The position numbers and the translations under genes were made by a program. Below the pieces are notes generated by a model that worked only from the letters and a program-made list of their open reading frames with translations, was not told the DNA's origin and did no database searches. A DNA stretch of 64,000 bases, taken from the human T2T-CHM13v2.0 reference genome, Homo sapiens. Where the stretch lies: the NCBI RefSeq assembly GCF_009914755.1, contig NC_060947.1. One strand, written 5' to 3'. Below, piece after piece: positions 14,001 to 28,570 of the stretch; position 1 is the stretch's first letter; the number at the start of each line of letters is the position of its first letter.

Positions 14001-14862
14001 TTTTCTGTGCCTGGCATATGGTCTTGCACGGAGCGAGTACCCAATAAATGATTACTGAATAAATTAATCATAGCATGGAAGACCTAAGAACATTTGCTAA
14101 ATGGACAGTTTCTTCCTTTATTGAATCTTGGAATTCCTGTCAGAGGCATAAAAAATGGGTTACATAATGAATTTATTTCTCTGTAGTCAAGTAATAATTA
14201 CAGTAGCAATTGGGATAACCAAAAGCTTTGTCTGTGCAGTTTATCTTTTGAACCTGAACCTATTACATCTTTAGTCCCAGGAACTACATGTTTTGAAGTG
14301 TACATTTCAAACTTCCTTTCCAAGATAAATCCAAAGACTTTTTTTCTACTCTAACATTTCACAAATAGGATGAATCAATTAATGTGATAATTATTTAATA
14401 CACCAAGCAATAACTTTTAAGGTGTAATGGTAATTGAGCCCAGCATGCTTGAAAATACCATTCTCTGAGTCAGGTTCAGCAACATGTCTTGAAGTTGGGA
14501 CCTTAGAGGCTTAATTCATTCTAAACCCCCTCTACCAATATAAAATTTAAATTAATGGTATTTCTGACTCTTGGTCCCTTTCACCTATAATTCTTCTTAA
14601 TCTCTTGACCTCTATTTCATTCATGAAATCCCAAAAGATTATCTTTCACAGTGAACCCACAGTAATCTGTTTAATATCCCTTGATAAGAAATATCCCTTT
14701 AAAAAGCCAAATTCTGCCATGCTTTAAATAGAAACCCTATTTGCTGAGACAAGACAAACACTTATAGTCTTTTTCCTTTACTTGGTCCTAGAAAAGGCCC
14801 AAAATAAAACATACATGTCAAGTCCATTGTAAATGGATGTGGAAACCAGACATTTGAAGTGT

Positions 14863-14916
14863 TATCATCACCATCATTAGCATCATCATCACCATCATCT
14901 TCATCATCATTATCAT
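14863..14916. repeat. Imperfect (CAT)n microsatellite
   Basis: atcatcaccatcattagcatcatcatcaccatcatcttcatcatcattatcat. Confidence 0.85.
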
Positions 14917-17900
14917 AAAAAACAACATAACAACAGTTCAAGAAGTTTGGAAAATGAGGATATGGGTTTATCTAAAACTCCACTACCCACATAAAACTAG
15001 AATTATTTTTGTATATTTTTCCATTCTTTCTCATTGGCCTACATTTTTTCAAAGCTTGCTCCCAAGTATTCCCAGGTATACCAAGGAGATTTTAAGAACT
15101 TCAGAAAAACTGTGATTCTAAATGTATAACTGCCTAGAAAGTTTCCCATTGCTTCAGTTTTTCAGAGAAAGACACTCTGAGAGTACAGATGGTATAATGG
15201 CCCAAGTCTACAAAAAGTTTCATTTCTGTGCATACATACCACCCATTCTACGATAAGGTGTTGGGGATCAGCTGATGAGCTGACCAAACATGCCCATAAT
15301 AATCCTGGACAAAGGCTGAGACCAGCACTTTTTACTTCAATTTGGACTCTGAAAGAAAAATTATATGAGGAAAGGTGAGGATTCCCTAATGATAATAACC
15401 TCAATCTTCATGATATTAAAACATAATAATTAAAAGGCAGAGAGAGACTTTAAAAACCCCATTGAGATTTCAAAAGAACAATACAATATGCAAATAGTCA
15501 TTCTTGTATGCAGTTCATCATTGATTATCCATGAGAACAGAAAGGAGCTGAAGCTTTGGGGCATGTTCAATAATATTTATCTGCAACTTCTAGCTTCCTG
15601 TCCCTCTCCCTGACCCCCTCCAATACACACACACACTTAGAATAATATTTATTTTAGATTATGTTTTGTATGTTCACGAAAATCTAATATGACCACTAAT
15701 AAAAGCTGAGGTTTATGGCCTTGTTACCTTTGTCTCTCAAATTTATATTCCTTCATTATCTTCTGCACCTCTTGAAAACCACACAGATTCCTCCTCCTCT
15801 TTTTCCCTTTTCCCACTTATCTAGGCTAAATGATTTAATACTGCATTTTATAATATTTTATGTTGTTCTTGAATCATTTAATGTCACTTAAGGTTACTTC
15901 CTTAACTGGATCATGAGTTCTTTGACAATTTATGCATGGTACCTTTTTTTCTATCTGCTGTGATCCTTGTGACATAGACTATGAGTTACTTGAGGCCTTA
16001 TTTTCCTTTGTCTCCTCAGCACTTATTACAGTACCTAACAGTGGAGCTATTCAATAAAGCAAATATTTAATAAAGGAATAAATGAATGGACGAATGAATG
16101 GATGGATGGATAAAAAGACAGCATCCAAGAAATGTTACCTAGCTGATGAGTGGACTTCAGAGCACTTGCCAGCAAGAAGGGTGGCCAGCAAGTGTTGATA
16201 AGTCAGTCAGCAATTACTTATTGAGCACCTACTATCTGCCAGACACAGATATTCTGTGGGGGAAGGGGAGGGGAACAAGAGAAAGCAGGCCTAGAATTGA
16301 AAATCAGATGTGTACAAGTCACAAAGTGGAACACAATTGCCCAATTGTCTGACTTTTTGTCATTATTTTCTGAGTGTAGCATGGGTGAATATTTTTCTCT
16401 ACCATGAGGCAAACTAATTTGGGAGGCAGAGTATTACCATCTTTTCTACTATTCTCTTGTCTTAGGTTGAGTTGAATAGTTCAAGTATTGAGATGTGTAG
16501 TTTCTTCTGTAGTATCTTCCCTGCTCTGTCACCATCCTTTTCAGACAATAGAACATGAGTTGGAGAGACATTCTGAGTTCTAGTGAAGTCACTGAAGCCA
16601 ACTTGCCAATGAGTAAGAGGTAAAGACCTAGGGTGTGAGGAAGGACTTGCATTCAAGGCTGTCTGAACTTTCCCTGTTAAGCCTTCGCTTCCATTTTGGA
16701 GACTGGAGCCTTTCAGCTCCTCCTGTCCTTCTGGCAACTCTTAGGAAAAAATGCTTAAATAACAATAACAGAGCAGCAGAAAGGAAGAATGGAAATTATC
16801 GTAATAGCATGGACTTGTTGCGCCAACATTGTTAGCCTCTCAGCAGCCAACTCCATGGAGCTGCCCTATGCTTGTCAATGAAAGGATAAAAAGGATATGA
16901 AGGAGACATTTTATGGGGCCATTTCAGCTGTTCACTGTAAATACACCCTCCATCAAATATAGTGAGCTGGGACCTAGAGATCACAGACAGCTGGGTTGCT
17001 TGAAAAGAGAAAAGACATTATAGTAAATTGTATTATTATACATTTACTGAGTTCCAGGGTTTCTGGGAGGGCCTCAAAGATCCAAGGGAGCATTTCCAAC
17101 CAGTGGCTTGAAGCACTGCCAGGCTGGGGGTAAGCTCAAGGCCAACTAATGGGTCCAATGACATGAGACTATAACTCTGGTGGTTGCGAATTTGGTTAGG
17201 GGCTAGTATGGACATTTTTTTAGGGTAGAAGCACTTAGCAGGTGAGCCAAAAATGAATATTTTTTATAGAAAGATTCAATAACACCATTGAGTGTACTGC
17301 CTGGCCTCAGTGATGCCTTCTGGTATTAAGGATCCATTCAAAAGCAGATGTCTAAATCTGAGGTTTTATGACAATGCCTCACCATATCCAAAATCATTCA
17401 CTCTCATCCCTCACCCCTCAGTAACTAGGCAAGGACACATAAAACATATCCAGTCCAAAGGCACAAATCAGGCAGTTGTCCTAGTAGGGTTGGAGAAGGT
17501 GGGGGATCCCTTGGATTGCCAGAGACCTATGAAAATCAGTATATTGCTGATGGAGTGAAGTTAGGGTTGCCATAGGAGGGCAGTTCAACACAGAGGTCAG
17601 TAAATCAGTTGATTTAATTATATAACACATATTACAAAATGGGGCCACGCTTTATTGAAGCCTGATTGCCACAGGCAACACACTTGCTTAATTCAAAAGG
17701 AGGAATTTCTCGCTGGGGTTGAAATGCTAGAAACTCTGTGTTCAACACACCAGATCGTGCCCATCTCCATGATGGGTAGCAGGAATTGGCAGTGGAAAAA
17801 AATCTGAGAGCCGGAAGATTTCTTACAGATTAGACATTGACCCCTACTCTTGCAGATAGAAAAACTGAGGCCAGCAGTGTACTCAAGGGTGCATTGCAGG

Positions 17901-19947
17901 TCTACAATTCAGGTCCTGACTCCCCAGATTGATGTGCTTTCCATTATACCATATTACTTCTCACTGTATATAACATTCATCATGATGACCGTGAAACTGT
18001 AAAAGACTTGGAGGTACTTTCTGATTTATTAGAGAAAAACCATAGTCTGTTCCTTCTATTGCCAGTCTGTCATGAATTTCATCACAGTTACTTTTTTTGC
18101 TTTTTTGTATCTATAAAAATTATTTATTAAACAAAACTGTAAATTAATCTGAATAGCCTATTCCCTACCAGATAGCACATCATGTTAGGAAATGCAATGT
18201 GCTCGTTCCCTCAGCAGCCATCTCCTGGATTATTTAGGGGATCTGTGCCTCTGTCCAAGACCTAGGGAAAAGAAACTGGGAGTAAAAACAGAGGCCAGCT
18301 TTCAGAGCAAGGTGCTTGTCTGGGATTATATTTTCTCTTTCTTTTTCTTCCATAGCACCTAACACATTGTGGGGCACACATTTGTATCCATAACTGCTGA
18401 TTGGTTCATCACAGAAATCCCCAGTCTGTGATGCTCTGCTGGAGATAGAAGAGAGGGTCATTGGCTTAGTGAGATAAGTCATTGTAGCTTAACAGAAAGA
18501 TAATAGCTCTTGTACTTATATGGACCTGAATTGAGATAACATATGTAGAGGCCTAGCATGGTATCTGACAAATAGTGAGTGTTCCTCAAAAGGTGTTCAT
18601 TATTATGATTATCATGATGCAAAATATGTGTGCCAGAAGGACTAAAGCTTCCCAGGGGATCTGGATCACTAATCAAATGCTGAGGGGGAAGTCAGCATGC
18701 TAAAACTTAGGAGTCTTTGCTAAATGCATGATTTGGGGAGGAGGAAGAAAAAAAGAATTCCCAGTTCCTCTACTGAAGGACCACTTTTCAGCACTTTCTT
18801 CTGAGGTGTGCAAGGTCTGTTGTCACTGTGGAGTAGTTCCAGATGGTTTTTAGTACCTCATTGGACTTTTGGTGCCATCACGAAGTGGAGGAGGCCAATG
18901 CTCCCATGTTGAACATTAGTTACTTGAGGAAAGCTTATTGCAATACTCCCTAATCTTCTAAATAGTACCCCATGTTCTGCAATTTTCCTAATTCACCCTT
19001 AAAGTCCTAATGGAAACTAACCCATCTTGTGTCATATGCCCCCAGGACCTTGGCCTTAGTTAATACAAAAACTAATTTATTCAGAAGTGTTAACGATCAC
19101 TAATACCTTGTTTATCTCAGGTGATCCACATATATTTTCACTTTCATGAACCCTCCATGTCAACCTAAAATGGTTTGGTAGAGATTTCTGACACCTGAGT
19201 AGGCTGGTGGGGGAGATATTTATGGGCATATAGGAGCATTTTGGTAGTCCTCAAACCATATCATGTGGGCAGCTCTGCTTCAGATCATTCTAGAAAATCA
19301 ACTGGGTATAAATTATAAAAATAACAAAAAGAGAAAATTGCCTACTCAACCTATGTGTAGGGCTTCCCAGCTGTCACTTTATTCAATTCTGTAGATATTT
19401 TGAACACCTACTCTGAACCTGGCACTGTGCTGACTGCTGTGGATACAAAGATGGCTATGACACATCATTGGAACTCCTAGTTCTATCATCCAGCTGGGGC
19501 CCTAACAAAACTTAGAGCTACTTATTTGGTTGACAAAGGAAATAAAACAGCAGACAAAGCCAACAGCTGTTTGCTTATAACCACTTATAATCAGAGACGT
19601 CTCTCCCTGGTTTAAATACTTCTCTTCATCTCAAACACAAAGAGGATGAAGATATCCATGTGAAAAAGCCTACTCTTAAAGGTAAAAGCTAAACAAAGAA
19701 CAAGTGATAAGAGAAGTGAATTCTGCAGTGAGCAAATTGCTAGTCTTTTCAGAAACAAACCTACACGGTCTGGTACCAGGAAATAGCCTTTGATGAGGAA
19801 TCCACTAATTAAACCTGTTTTTACTGTGACTATTCAAAACATTAGCACCCTGGAGATCTCTGGAAATAAATAAAAGGCAGAAAATCCCAGGCAGTTTAAC
19901 AGAAATATTTTCTCCCACTGGTGAGAACGATAAACCCGACTTTAAAG

Positions 19948-20100
19948 GAATCATAAAACATTCAAGCCAGAAAGAACCTTAGAGATCATTGAATTCTCAT
20001 TTTTCAGGTGAGGAAATTAAAGCTCAAAGAGGCCCAGGGACACACCTATGGCCGCACATCTAGAAAATGAGCTCTGGGACTAGAATCCAGAGCTCTTGAA
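19948..20100 (-). mobile_element. MIR3/MIR fragment
   Basis: agaaccttagagatcatt...ctcatttttcaggtgaggaaattaaagctcaaagagg...gggactagaatccag. Confidence 0.7.
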
Positions 20101-21105
20101 TGCTATTTATTCATGAATCTGGTCAGTCGGTCAACTAAATTTCTTGAGCAACCACTATGTGCCAGTCATTGTGCTACGATTGGTCCCTATCCCTGTCCTT
20201 ATAAAGCTGGAGGAAGCAGATATTAAACAAATGGCAAATTAATTATTTATAAATGTAATCCATGCTGTAAAGATTAAGTAGAGGATGGAATGAAAGTAAT
20301 CTAGCCTTTTTGAGGGAGTAAGGGATGGCATGGCTTAGGCTAAGAAATGAAAGATAAGGGCAAGTTCCCTAGCCAGGTAAAAATTGACCATGTAGTTGGA
20401 AGTGGAGGTCTGAGGGAAGAGAACATTCTAGATGGCATATGGAAAGGTGCTTGCAGTCCAAAACTATCCCAGCTCCCCCATCTGCCCCTCTCAAAATCCA
20501 GACGTCTCACCCTTTTTATAAAACAGCGATCTACAGTATATAGAGATATATTTTCAGAAGTATGGGTGTGTAGTAGGAAGGAGGCATCATAGCCATCTGG
20601 ACCTATTAAAATACTTATTAAATCACTTCACTGATTAAACAGTTATTTTTACTAACCAATGCCATACACCAAGGCAGATAATCAGTGTTTTATGCTTCTG
20701 GAAAGGTCACATCCTCATCCTTTTGCATGGCACCTGGAAATAAAATAAGCCTATATTCAAAGCAGTAGATGTTAAATGATGCTTACTGAAAATAAGTCCT
20801 CACTTTCAAGTAGAAATAAGAAGTAATGGAATTTTCACATATGTATGCAGAAGATGACATAGCAGTAGGTCAGCAGGCAACAACCAGACCTTAACCCCTT
20901 CCAGCTCTCACTAGAAGTACCCTGTCCACAAGGGCAAGCAACTAAAACTATGTAGCAGTTGCTAACTCCACAAGGGGTTTGGAGTCCTGCATCCCAAATG
21001 AAAAGGGGTAATTCTGAGGCTCTCAGAGGTCATTTCTGTTATGGCACCTGGAATGTGCCTACCATCTAGTCCCCCACTTTCAACTCAGGTTAAAATTAAC
21101 TGTTA

Positions 21106-21336
21106 AAAAGAAAGCAGAATGGTGGTTGCCAGGGGATAAGGGAAGAGGGAAATGGGGAGTTATTATTTAGTGGGTACAGAGTTTCAGTTTTACAAGATGA
21201 AAAGAGTTACGGAGATGGTGGTGATGGCTGCACAACTTTATGAATGTATTTAATACCACTGAACTGTATACGTAAAATTGTTAAGATGGTAAATTTTATG
21301 TTAAATATATTTTACCATGATAAGAAATAAATTTAA
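21106..21336 (+). mobile_element. L1MB-type 3' end
   Basis: agaatggtggttgccagggg...gggtacagagtttcagtttt...accactgaactgtatac...atggtaaattttatgtta...A-rich tail. Confidence 0.85.
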
Positions 21337-21348
21337 AAAGTTAACTGC

Positions 21349-21425
21349 TATGCCTGCACCAAAACATCTCACGTACTTTATAAATATATATACCTACTAT
21401 GTACCCACAAAAATTAGAAATTAAA
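21349..21425 (+). mobile_element. L1MA-type extreme 3' end
   Basis: tatgcctgcaccaaaacatctcacgtac...atatatacctactatgtacccacaaaaatt matches the recalled L1MA1-3 terminus. Confidence 0.8.
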
Positions 21426-21494
21426 AAAATTAACTGTTAATATTAAACTATGATGAGTCACAAGCAGCATAATAATGAAAACTATCCTGTTATG

Positions 21495-21660
21495 GGCACT
21501 ATTTGTTTTATATGCATTATATTATTTTACTTTCATGACAGTCCTTTGGCATGGGTTCTATTCTTGGCATTTTGCAGGTGAGAAAGCTGAGCCTTTGAAA
21601 AATTAAACAATTTGACCAAAACCACACAGATAATAAATCTACCCCCAAAGTGAGTGAGCT
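21495..21660 (-). mobile_element. MIR fragment
   Basis: cattttgcaggtgagaaagctgag...aatttgaccaaaaccacacag. Confidence 0.65.
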
Positions 21661-24600
21661 TATTTTCTTGAAATAATCAATGAAGGCAAAGATTTGTGTC
21701 TTCTTACTCACTGTCATATTCCCACCACCGAGAACAATAATTGGCATAGAGCAAGTGCTTGGTAAATATTTGGTGGAGTTGGAGTCCAATCAAAGCAGTC
21801 TTCTTCTAGAGTCTACTTAGCCACTGGATGAAATGCCTCCAAGGTCTCTATCCCTCAGCCTCCATCTATTTAGGTTCTTATCTCTTATCTGGGAACCACA
21901 GTGTGCTCCTAACTACTTGTCTTCACTACCATTCCCAGGCTTCCCAAGGTTTGCAACTCTTCCTGACATAACACTTAAGCCTAGGGATACCCCTTACTGA
22001 ACAGCCTTCCGAATGCCACAGGCCCTGCTTAGTCCTCATTAGTGCATTTCAGATATTCCATGTTCACATCCTAGCTCTGACATATGCTAGCTATGTTGAA
22101 CAAGTTGGGTTACTTCTCTGAACCTCAGTTTCCTTATCTGTAAAATGGAAAAAAATCACTTACCCTCTCTGAGCCTCAGTTTCTTGTTTATCTCCCAGGT
22201 CTCTTCTAGCTCTCAAGCCTTCATGACTAACACACTGGTACCACAGATCTATTGCTGCCCCACCCCTAATGACTTACAGCCCCTTGTCAAAGTTCTGCAA
22301 ATAGGTCTGGTGCCATGAGAATTTGCTAGGCTTTTAGTTACTAAGATCTGCCTGCAGTTACCAAATATGCAGAATTCAATGATTTCTTACCTCTTTTGAA
22401 GAGGTATACATAGTATTTCTGCCTTTATTCCTACCTAAGACATTTTATGCTTAAGATCTAGAAATGAAAGAATGAGCAAGATGTCTTCTGCCTGGGAATT
22501 TGATGATCAGAGGTTGAAGCCATGAATAGTAAGTATTTGAGGAGAAGTATTAGCTATATAAAGCTGTTAGCTTGTTGATAGGACCTAGAAGGACTCCTAT
22601 GTATAATTCCTAAAAACTTACCTTTTTTTCATGTTTTCCTTTTCTGAAAGGAAATGCTACAGTAAAATTAAGAAAATAATGGTCCCTGTTTTATGGCCTC
22701 AAAACATTGTTCCTTCCATTTGCATGGGTAACACCATGGAGTCCTGGAAAAATAATATTAACCTTGTAGAAGAAAATGAAGCCTGTTGCCTTAGGCTTGC
22801 CTGGAGCTATTCCCTTCTGTGGCCTCTCCTTCTTATGAACTATGACCTTCCCAGATGCTACCACCTGGTTGACAGGGATCTGCCCCAGTAGTGGAAGGCT
22901 AACTGACCCCCTTACAAACTGGCCCTATGACTCTGGCTTAAGCAGGCCACAGAATTTCCAGCCACTTCCATCATTATCTATGAATCCATCCCTTCCACAC
23001 ACAGCAACAGAGCCATCCCCATGACAAACACCCTTTTGGTCCTTATGCCACTCTCTAAAGCTTCTACCCTGAAAAGATTTGTACTTTCTCTCTTGGAATC
23101 CATTTCACAAATGTTTATGACTCTGGAATACTGATGGTATTATTATAAGTAGAGTGGCAAAGTGATATGTAGAGGCAATAACTATCTTCAGGATGGGCCA
23201 GTTCAGAGTGAGCTTCTTAGAGGAAATTACATTCCAAGCAGGCAGTAAGCAATGCCATCCTGGCTCCCTGAAATTGACTGGGTGGCAATCCAACTACAAC
23301 ATGTATCTGATCATTTTATACCTTGTGGCAACATATTGAGATCAGACCATTTCAGGGGAGTGGAATATTCCACCTCAGCGGTTGGCCCACTCTTAATGGG
23401 TCCTTAACACATATATAAGGAGATATAATAAAATAATAACTCTGTTCTTTAAGAGCTAAGGTATCCATGGGTAAATGTGTTATGTCATAGCAACAATATA
23501 TCAGGCAATAAGGCAAGAGGGTGCAAATGACAAAATCTCTTCTAAAGACGAATAACTGGATCGTAAGCTCAAATAGCACATATGCATTGAGGGCCAGGAT
23601 AATTGGTCCTTTATCTTCTCTTTATAAAAACAAAGGTTTATTTGCCCTTTAAATGGTTCAATAAAATTAAATTGGTACCCTGTAGTGTGTGCTGAATACA
23701 TAATCAGAAATTGGAAGCAATAAAAAAAAAGAGGGAAAAGGCAAAAGTAATAAAATCTAAAATTTGGAACAGTGTACAAAAACAATGTAGGAAAATAATG
23801 CAATTCCCAATAACACCTCCTCATTGTGTAGCAGATCCTGTAACAATCACTTCTTCTCCTGAAAGCCAGAGATCACCAACTGGATCCACAGTACCTCAAA
23901 GGCACAGGCTGCTTGACTTTGTAGTATCCTCAGAAAAGGGGAGGGGCAGGGCAGGACTGGGTAAGAAAGGAAGTGACTCTCTATTTACTTTGTCCACTTT
24001 TGGAGGGATACACAAAACTTTGAAAGTAAATGTAGTACTCATGAAAAGGAATGCTTCGTGGAACTCAAAATGTCTTTTAAAATATATTCCCTGTAATCCT
24101 TCCAAAGCTGCTCATGTTAAGATCTTCAGAGAAAAAGCACAATAAAAACCTCATAATACATGAGCATACAGCAATCCAACCTCCAGAAAAACGGGAGAGT
24201 TGGTGCTTGGCAACTGATGAACATGAAACACAATACATTAAAAAAAACACATTCTTCTTTCTGATTTCTAATTTTGATGGCCAGACACAGAAATATTTGT
24301 TTAATGAGTGACAGCACATTGATAATACTTTTCTGTATGAACTGGATAGATGAAAGAGAAGGGAAATTGTGTTATTGTTCAATTATTTTTTGCACCAAAT
24401 ATATTCACATGCTTTACTCAGAGAAAATATTAATCATGCACACAAGAATTTTGACTTGGAAATCTCAGAACACTTTATAGAAATCCATTGTGTAGAGTGA
24501 TTCCGGTGGCCAGATACATTAAAAAAAAAAATGAAAAAGAGGGACACAGAACGAGTTTCAAAAAATACCTTCATTAAAATGTCTTACAGTTGAAGATTCT

Positions 24601-25509
24601 TAGTGAAGGTGAAACTATCTAGAGGTCATCTCTTTGCCTCCAACCAGGAGTACATTAAGTCATCCTGAATAAATTAAGTTCATCTGCTTTCCACACAGGA
24701 CGTTTCTTCAGCCTTTCCAGGGGCCTCTCTTAGTTTTCTCCGGGCTCAACAGACCAAAAGACCCTTTCATAACTAAAGAAATACACGTTTTATTTCCTTT
24801 ATGTCTCTCCCAGGCACCTGCCAAAGGACTCTGCACTTCGTTTACCCTCAAATATCATTGCTGCCTGGCTGGCACTTATGTTTAGTGCCACCCATACCAC
24901 ACCAATCTGGAGCTGGGACTCTTTCTTAAACACAGATGAAAACCAACAAGAGAAAGAAAAGTAGCCAAAGTAGGAGCTTTAAGGGTGAAAGAGAGCAAGA
25001 CAGTCATAGAGTCACTGGGTCTGCAGCATTGCTTTGTGGAGCCTAGGCCCCATACTGAAGATTAATCTTAACCAACTTCATCAGTGATTCCATTTAAAAG
25101 GCAAAGAGGCAACTAGGTCCCAGTTGTGCACAGAAACAAAAATCACAAGCAATAAAATAAAATTAAATACTCATAATTAACTAATTGGTGGTACAGTTGG
25201 CTGCTTTTCCCCCCAGAGAAGGCATCTTCTATATGAATTTTGGAGCACTTAACCAAGTACAACAACTGTAATTATTATTATTCCTATAATAATAGGGTTC
25301 CCACAGATCTTCGTATTTTTACATGTTTTATACTCATTATGGCTAATCCACAAAACATCTCTTTAGGGTATGCAAATACTTTTATTGCCAGTATGCTAGA
25401 GAGGAGATAGAGCTAAAAAAAAAGGTGAAATGAAGGTCACAGATTATCAGCAGTGACTTACGAAATAGAACTAGAGAATTCCTCATCTCAGAACAAATTT
25501 ATGTCATCA

Positions 25510-26130
25510 GCTCGCTAAATGCTTACAGTATGAGCCAAATTATACTGAGTCTGACACAAAAGTAACAGAACACCTGTTTCCTGGGCCTTCAAAAGCTTCT
25601 CAGTCATTGATGAAGTTCACATTTACACACATGAGGCAAGCAGGCCACAACTCAGTCCAGGCAAGCTATGATCAAATGCCAAAATGGGGGCTTCAGGCCA
25701 AGTGCTGCTGGCAGTCACAGTAATAATAGATTTCTTGGGGGATGAGGCAGGCACCAAATGCTCCACAGAGCAGGGAGTATCAGCCAGGTTTTGAAAGGCA
25801 GGCAAGAATTGGAATGGCAGAGATTTAGAGAATGGCATTCCAGGATGGGGACACAGCATGAGAAAATGCTCAGTAGCAGGAATGAATAAGAAGTATCTGA
25901 GGCATAGAAAGACCACTAGTCTAGGGCAGAAAATTCCTACAGGAGACCTGTGGAAGACAATTTTAGTTAGATCCTAAGTCCTAAATATAGAGAGCCATGG
26001 GGTAGAAAACAAATACCTACTGTTTGTTGAACACCTATTATGTACAGATTCTGTGCTTCATGTTTTCTTAATGTAAATTCCAGACTGAAGAGTTTGGACT
26101 ATATCTGAAAGGCAATGGAGAGCTTAGGGC
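25510..26130 (-). mobile_element. L2 fragment
   Basis: Purine-rich antisense L2: ggcattccaggatggggacacagcatgagaaaatgctcag...agtttggactatatctgaaaggcaatggagag. Confidence 0.6.
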
Positions 26131-27163
26131 CCAGTCACTGCGTTCCAATATCTAAAATAAGACAGAGTGTGCTCAGTTACCTCACTCACATGTCCTTGGC
26201 CAACCTCTGAGGACTTACTTGAGTGTTTTATAACTGAGTATACAGCTTCTCTCAGGCAATACCATTGTTACCTGAAAATACAAAGCCTTTAATTTTGCGT
26301 GACATCACACAAAGAGAATTACAGAGCCCGAATCCTCTTTCTCTTGGAGCAAATGGACCACTCTGATGTGGTCAGATGTATTCATCAGTAGCACATAAAA
26401 GTTACAAGTTAATACATGACTGAGCAGCAAAGTGCTAGAGGGGCTACTTATTCCGTCTGCAGATGAAACTACATTCTAAGAGTTGCATGTGTTTACTTAA
26501 TTGTAGCTATTTCTAGCTATTTTTAGTCAGATTCCACCCCATGGAGCAAGTTAGGTACTTTGGGAGACACAGTTTTACTTTCAAGCCACTGAAGGAGCAT
26601 CTGCAAGGTCCATGCAAAAGGACTCAGCTGTTCCGTGTTGCTGCAAAAGGCTAAAGTAGGAATTAATTTGAATGATGTTCTGCACCAGTGGTTTCTCTTC
26701 CCACCTTGCAAATGGATTGAGTTCTAAAAGATGTGTAATCTGGCTGGCCTACAGGTGGCCTTAAATACCAGAGCTGCTTGTTAAAGCACATAAGACCCAG
26801 GGTACAACTGAACGGTTTTACAGCACTGAACCTAACTCTATTGCATGCTCATGTTTCTGTGGGAAGATGCGTTCACCTTCCCAACTCAAAAGTTTAGTAA
26901 CACATGTTCCCTAAGCACTCCCATCTGAGACAGTGGGAGCAGAAATCCCATCGGCTTCCATCCCCAGGTGTTGGCAATTCAATGTGACTCCAGCTGGGTG
27001 GTGGGGATGAGTTCAGATGGAGGCTCAGAGGGCCTAGGGAGGAGGGATGGATTGTGAGAACAGGAAAAAGAATGAGATGGGTCCTCTGCAGGAAGTGATA
27101 AACAGTGAGGACACAAATGTTGTAGATCAAACCAGTACTAGGCTTGGGACAGGGCATGGAACT

Positions 27164-27403
27164 ACAGTGGCATAAGGTAGTAAAGAAATACATTTTATTT
27201 TATGACCCATAACACATATGCATGTATTTAAAACCCAAAACATATGTTTCATGAAACAATGAAACAATACGTACCTTTACTACAAAGATGCACCTTGGCA
27301 TTTTTCTAGGCTGTTTCATTTATTTTTAATGCTAGGTCATGACTCACTACATTGATTTCATAAGCCACTAATGGGTTGTACCCTGCATAATTTGCAAACA
27401 TTG
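27164..27403. mobile_element. hAT-Charlie element, MER119-like (family tentative)
   Basis: ggtcatgactcactacattgatttcataagccactaatgggttgtaccctgca...tttgcaaacattg terminus. Confidence 0.55.
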
Positions 27404-28429
27404 TAGGAAAAGGGAAGAAAGATTAGTTTTCCTTTATTCTTTTTTTTTCTCTTATCGATCATAGACTCTGGCCTGGAACAAATCAGAATGGAGGTTGAAA
27501 AAACAGGCACTGGGATAAAAGTGATGAAGGTGGGTTCTAGGCAACATTCAGGGAGAAAAGATAAATGGATAGGAAAGGTGTGGTCATGCTGTCACTGGAC
27601 CAGTTATGAGTTCCCTAGCAGGAGGTCATATGAAAGGGAACTTGAGAGTAGAACTCTGTATATCTCCAGCATCTGGCACAGTACTTGATGCTGTTCAATA
27701 AATGTTTAATTTAAAATATCTACCAAATTGATACACATACATTAGAGGCTGATTGAACATACACATCTGATCAAAACACAGAGTGAATATCAGAATGTAT
27801 GCTTGGCCAATGGCGGTGTTGACAGGGTTTGTTGTTAGCAACTTTATCCCTCCCCTTTGTCTCTGCGTTCAAATGCCAAAAGGTCCCCATGCAGAGGTAT
27901 CCCCAACTGGAGAGTCATTCTCCTAGAGGACAACTAAAAGACTCAGATCTCCCCTGACTGTCACTAACGGCCCTCAAAATTTTATCTGACCTGTGTCCTG
28001 TTTCCTCAGTGCCTGGTTCTCGTCAGAACTAATCTGACAAACCAATCCATACTGAAGTAGTCATGAGAAATACTGACCGCATGTTTCCCTTCCAGACCAC
28101 ATTTGTAATTTAATAGGGAATTTTGCCATGCTAGCCAAAAAAAGGTGGATGTTTCAAACCTTGTGGTAGTCAATGGAGAAGAGAAACTGAAGATGGGACA
28201 TCTTTCTAGGGACCCTCAAACCACACTACAATGCCACTATCTACTCTGCCTACAAATAGGAAGTTTCCATTAGTCATTAAACAATGCCCTCCTCCCCTCC
28301 AAAAAAAGTATGAAAGTTGCTAGTACAATGCCTAAAACAGTTAGTAACTAATAAATACTGGTTGGATTAGAATCTAAAACATTTAGGTGGGTAGGCACAG
28401 GAGGCAGCTTTAACAGGTCCTACTCACCT

Positions 28430-28570
28430 AGCATTGTCTGTGATAATGGACAATTAAATGTTGCACTGTCCACTAGCTGCACGTGGCTATGGAGCACTTG
28501 AAATATGACTAGTGTAACTGAGAAAAGTGTAGTCACATGTGGCTAGTGGCTATCAAGCTAGACAAGACAG
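28430..28570. mobile_element. MER3-like hAT-Charlie fragment
   Basis: ccactagctgcacgtggctatggagcacttgaaatatgactagtgtaactgag...gtcacatgtggctagtggctatc. Confidence 0.75.

Noticed and set aside
23711-24480. Cluster of overlapping ORFs up to 144 aa (similarly 29071-29499 and 54784-55378)
   Set aside because: No recognisable domain, several non-ATG starts, and lengths compatible with chance in 64 kb; the last set lies in an L2.
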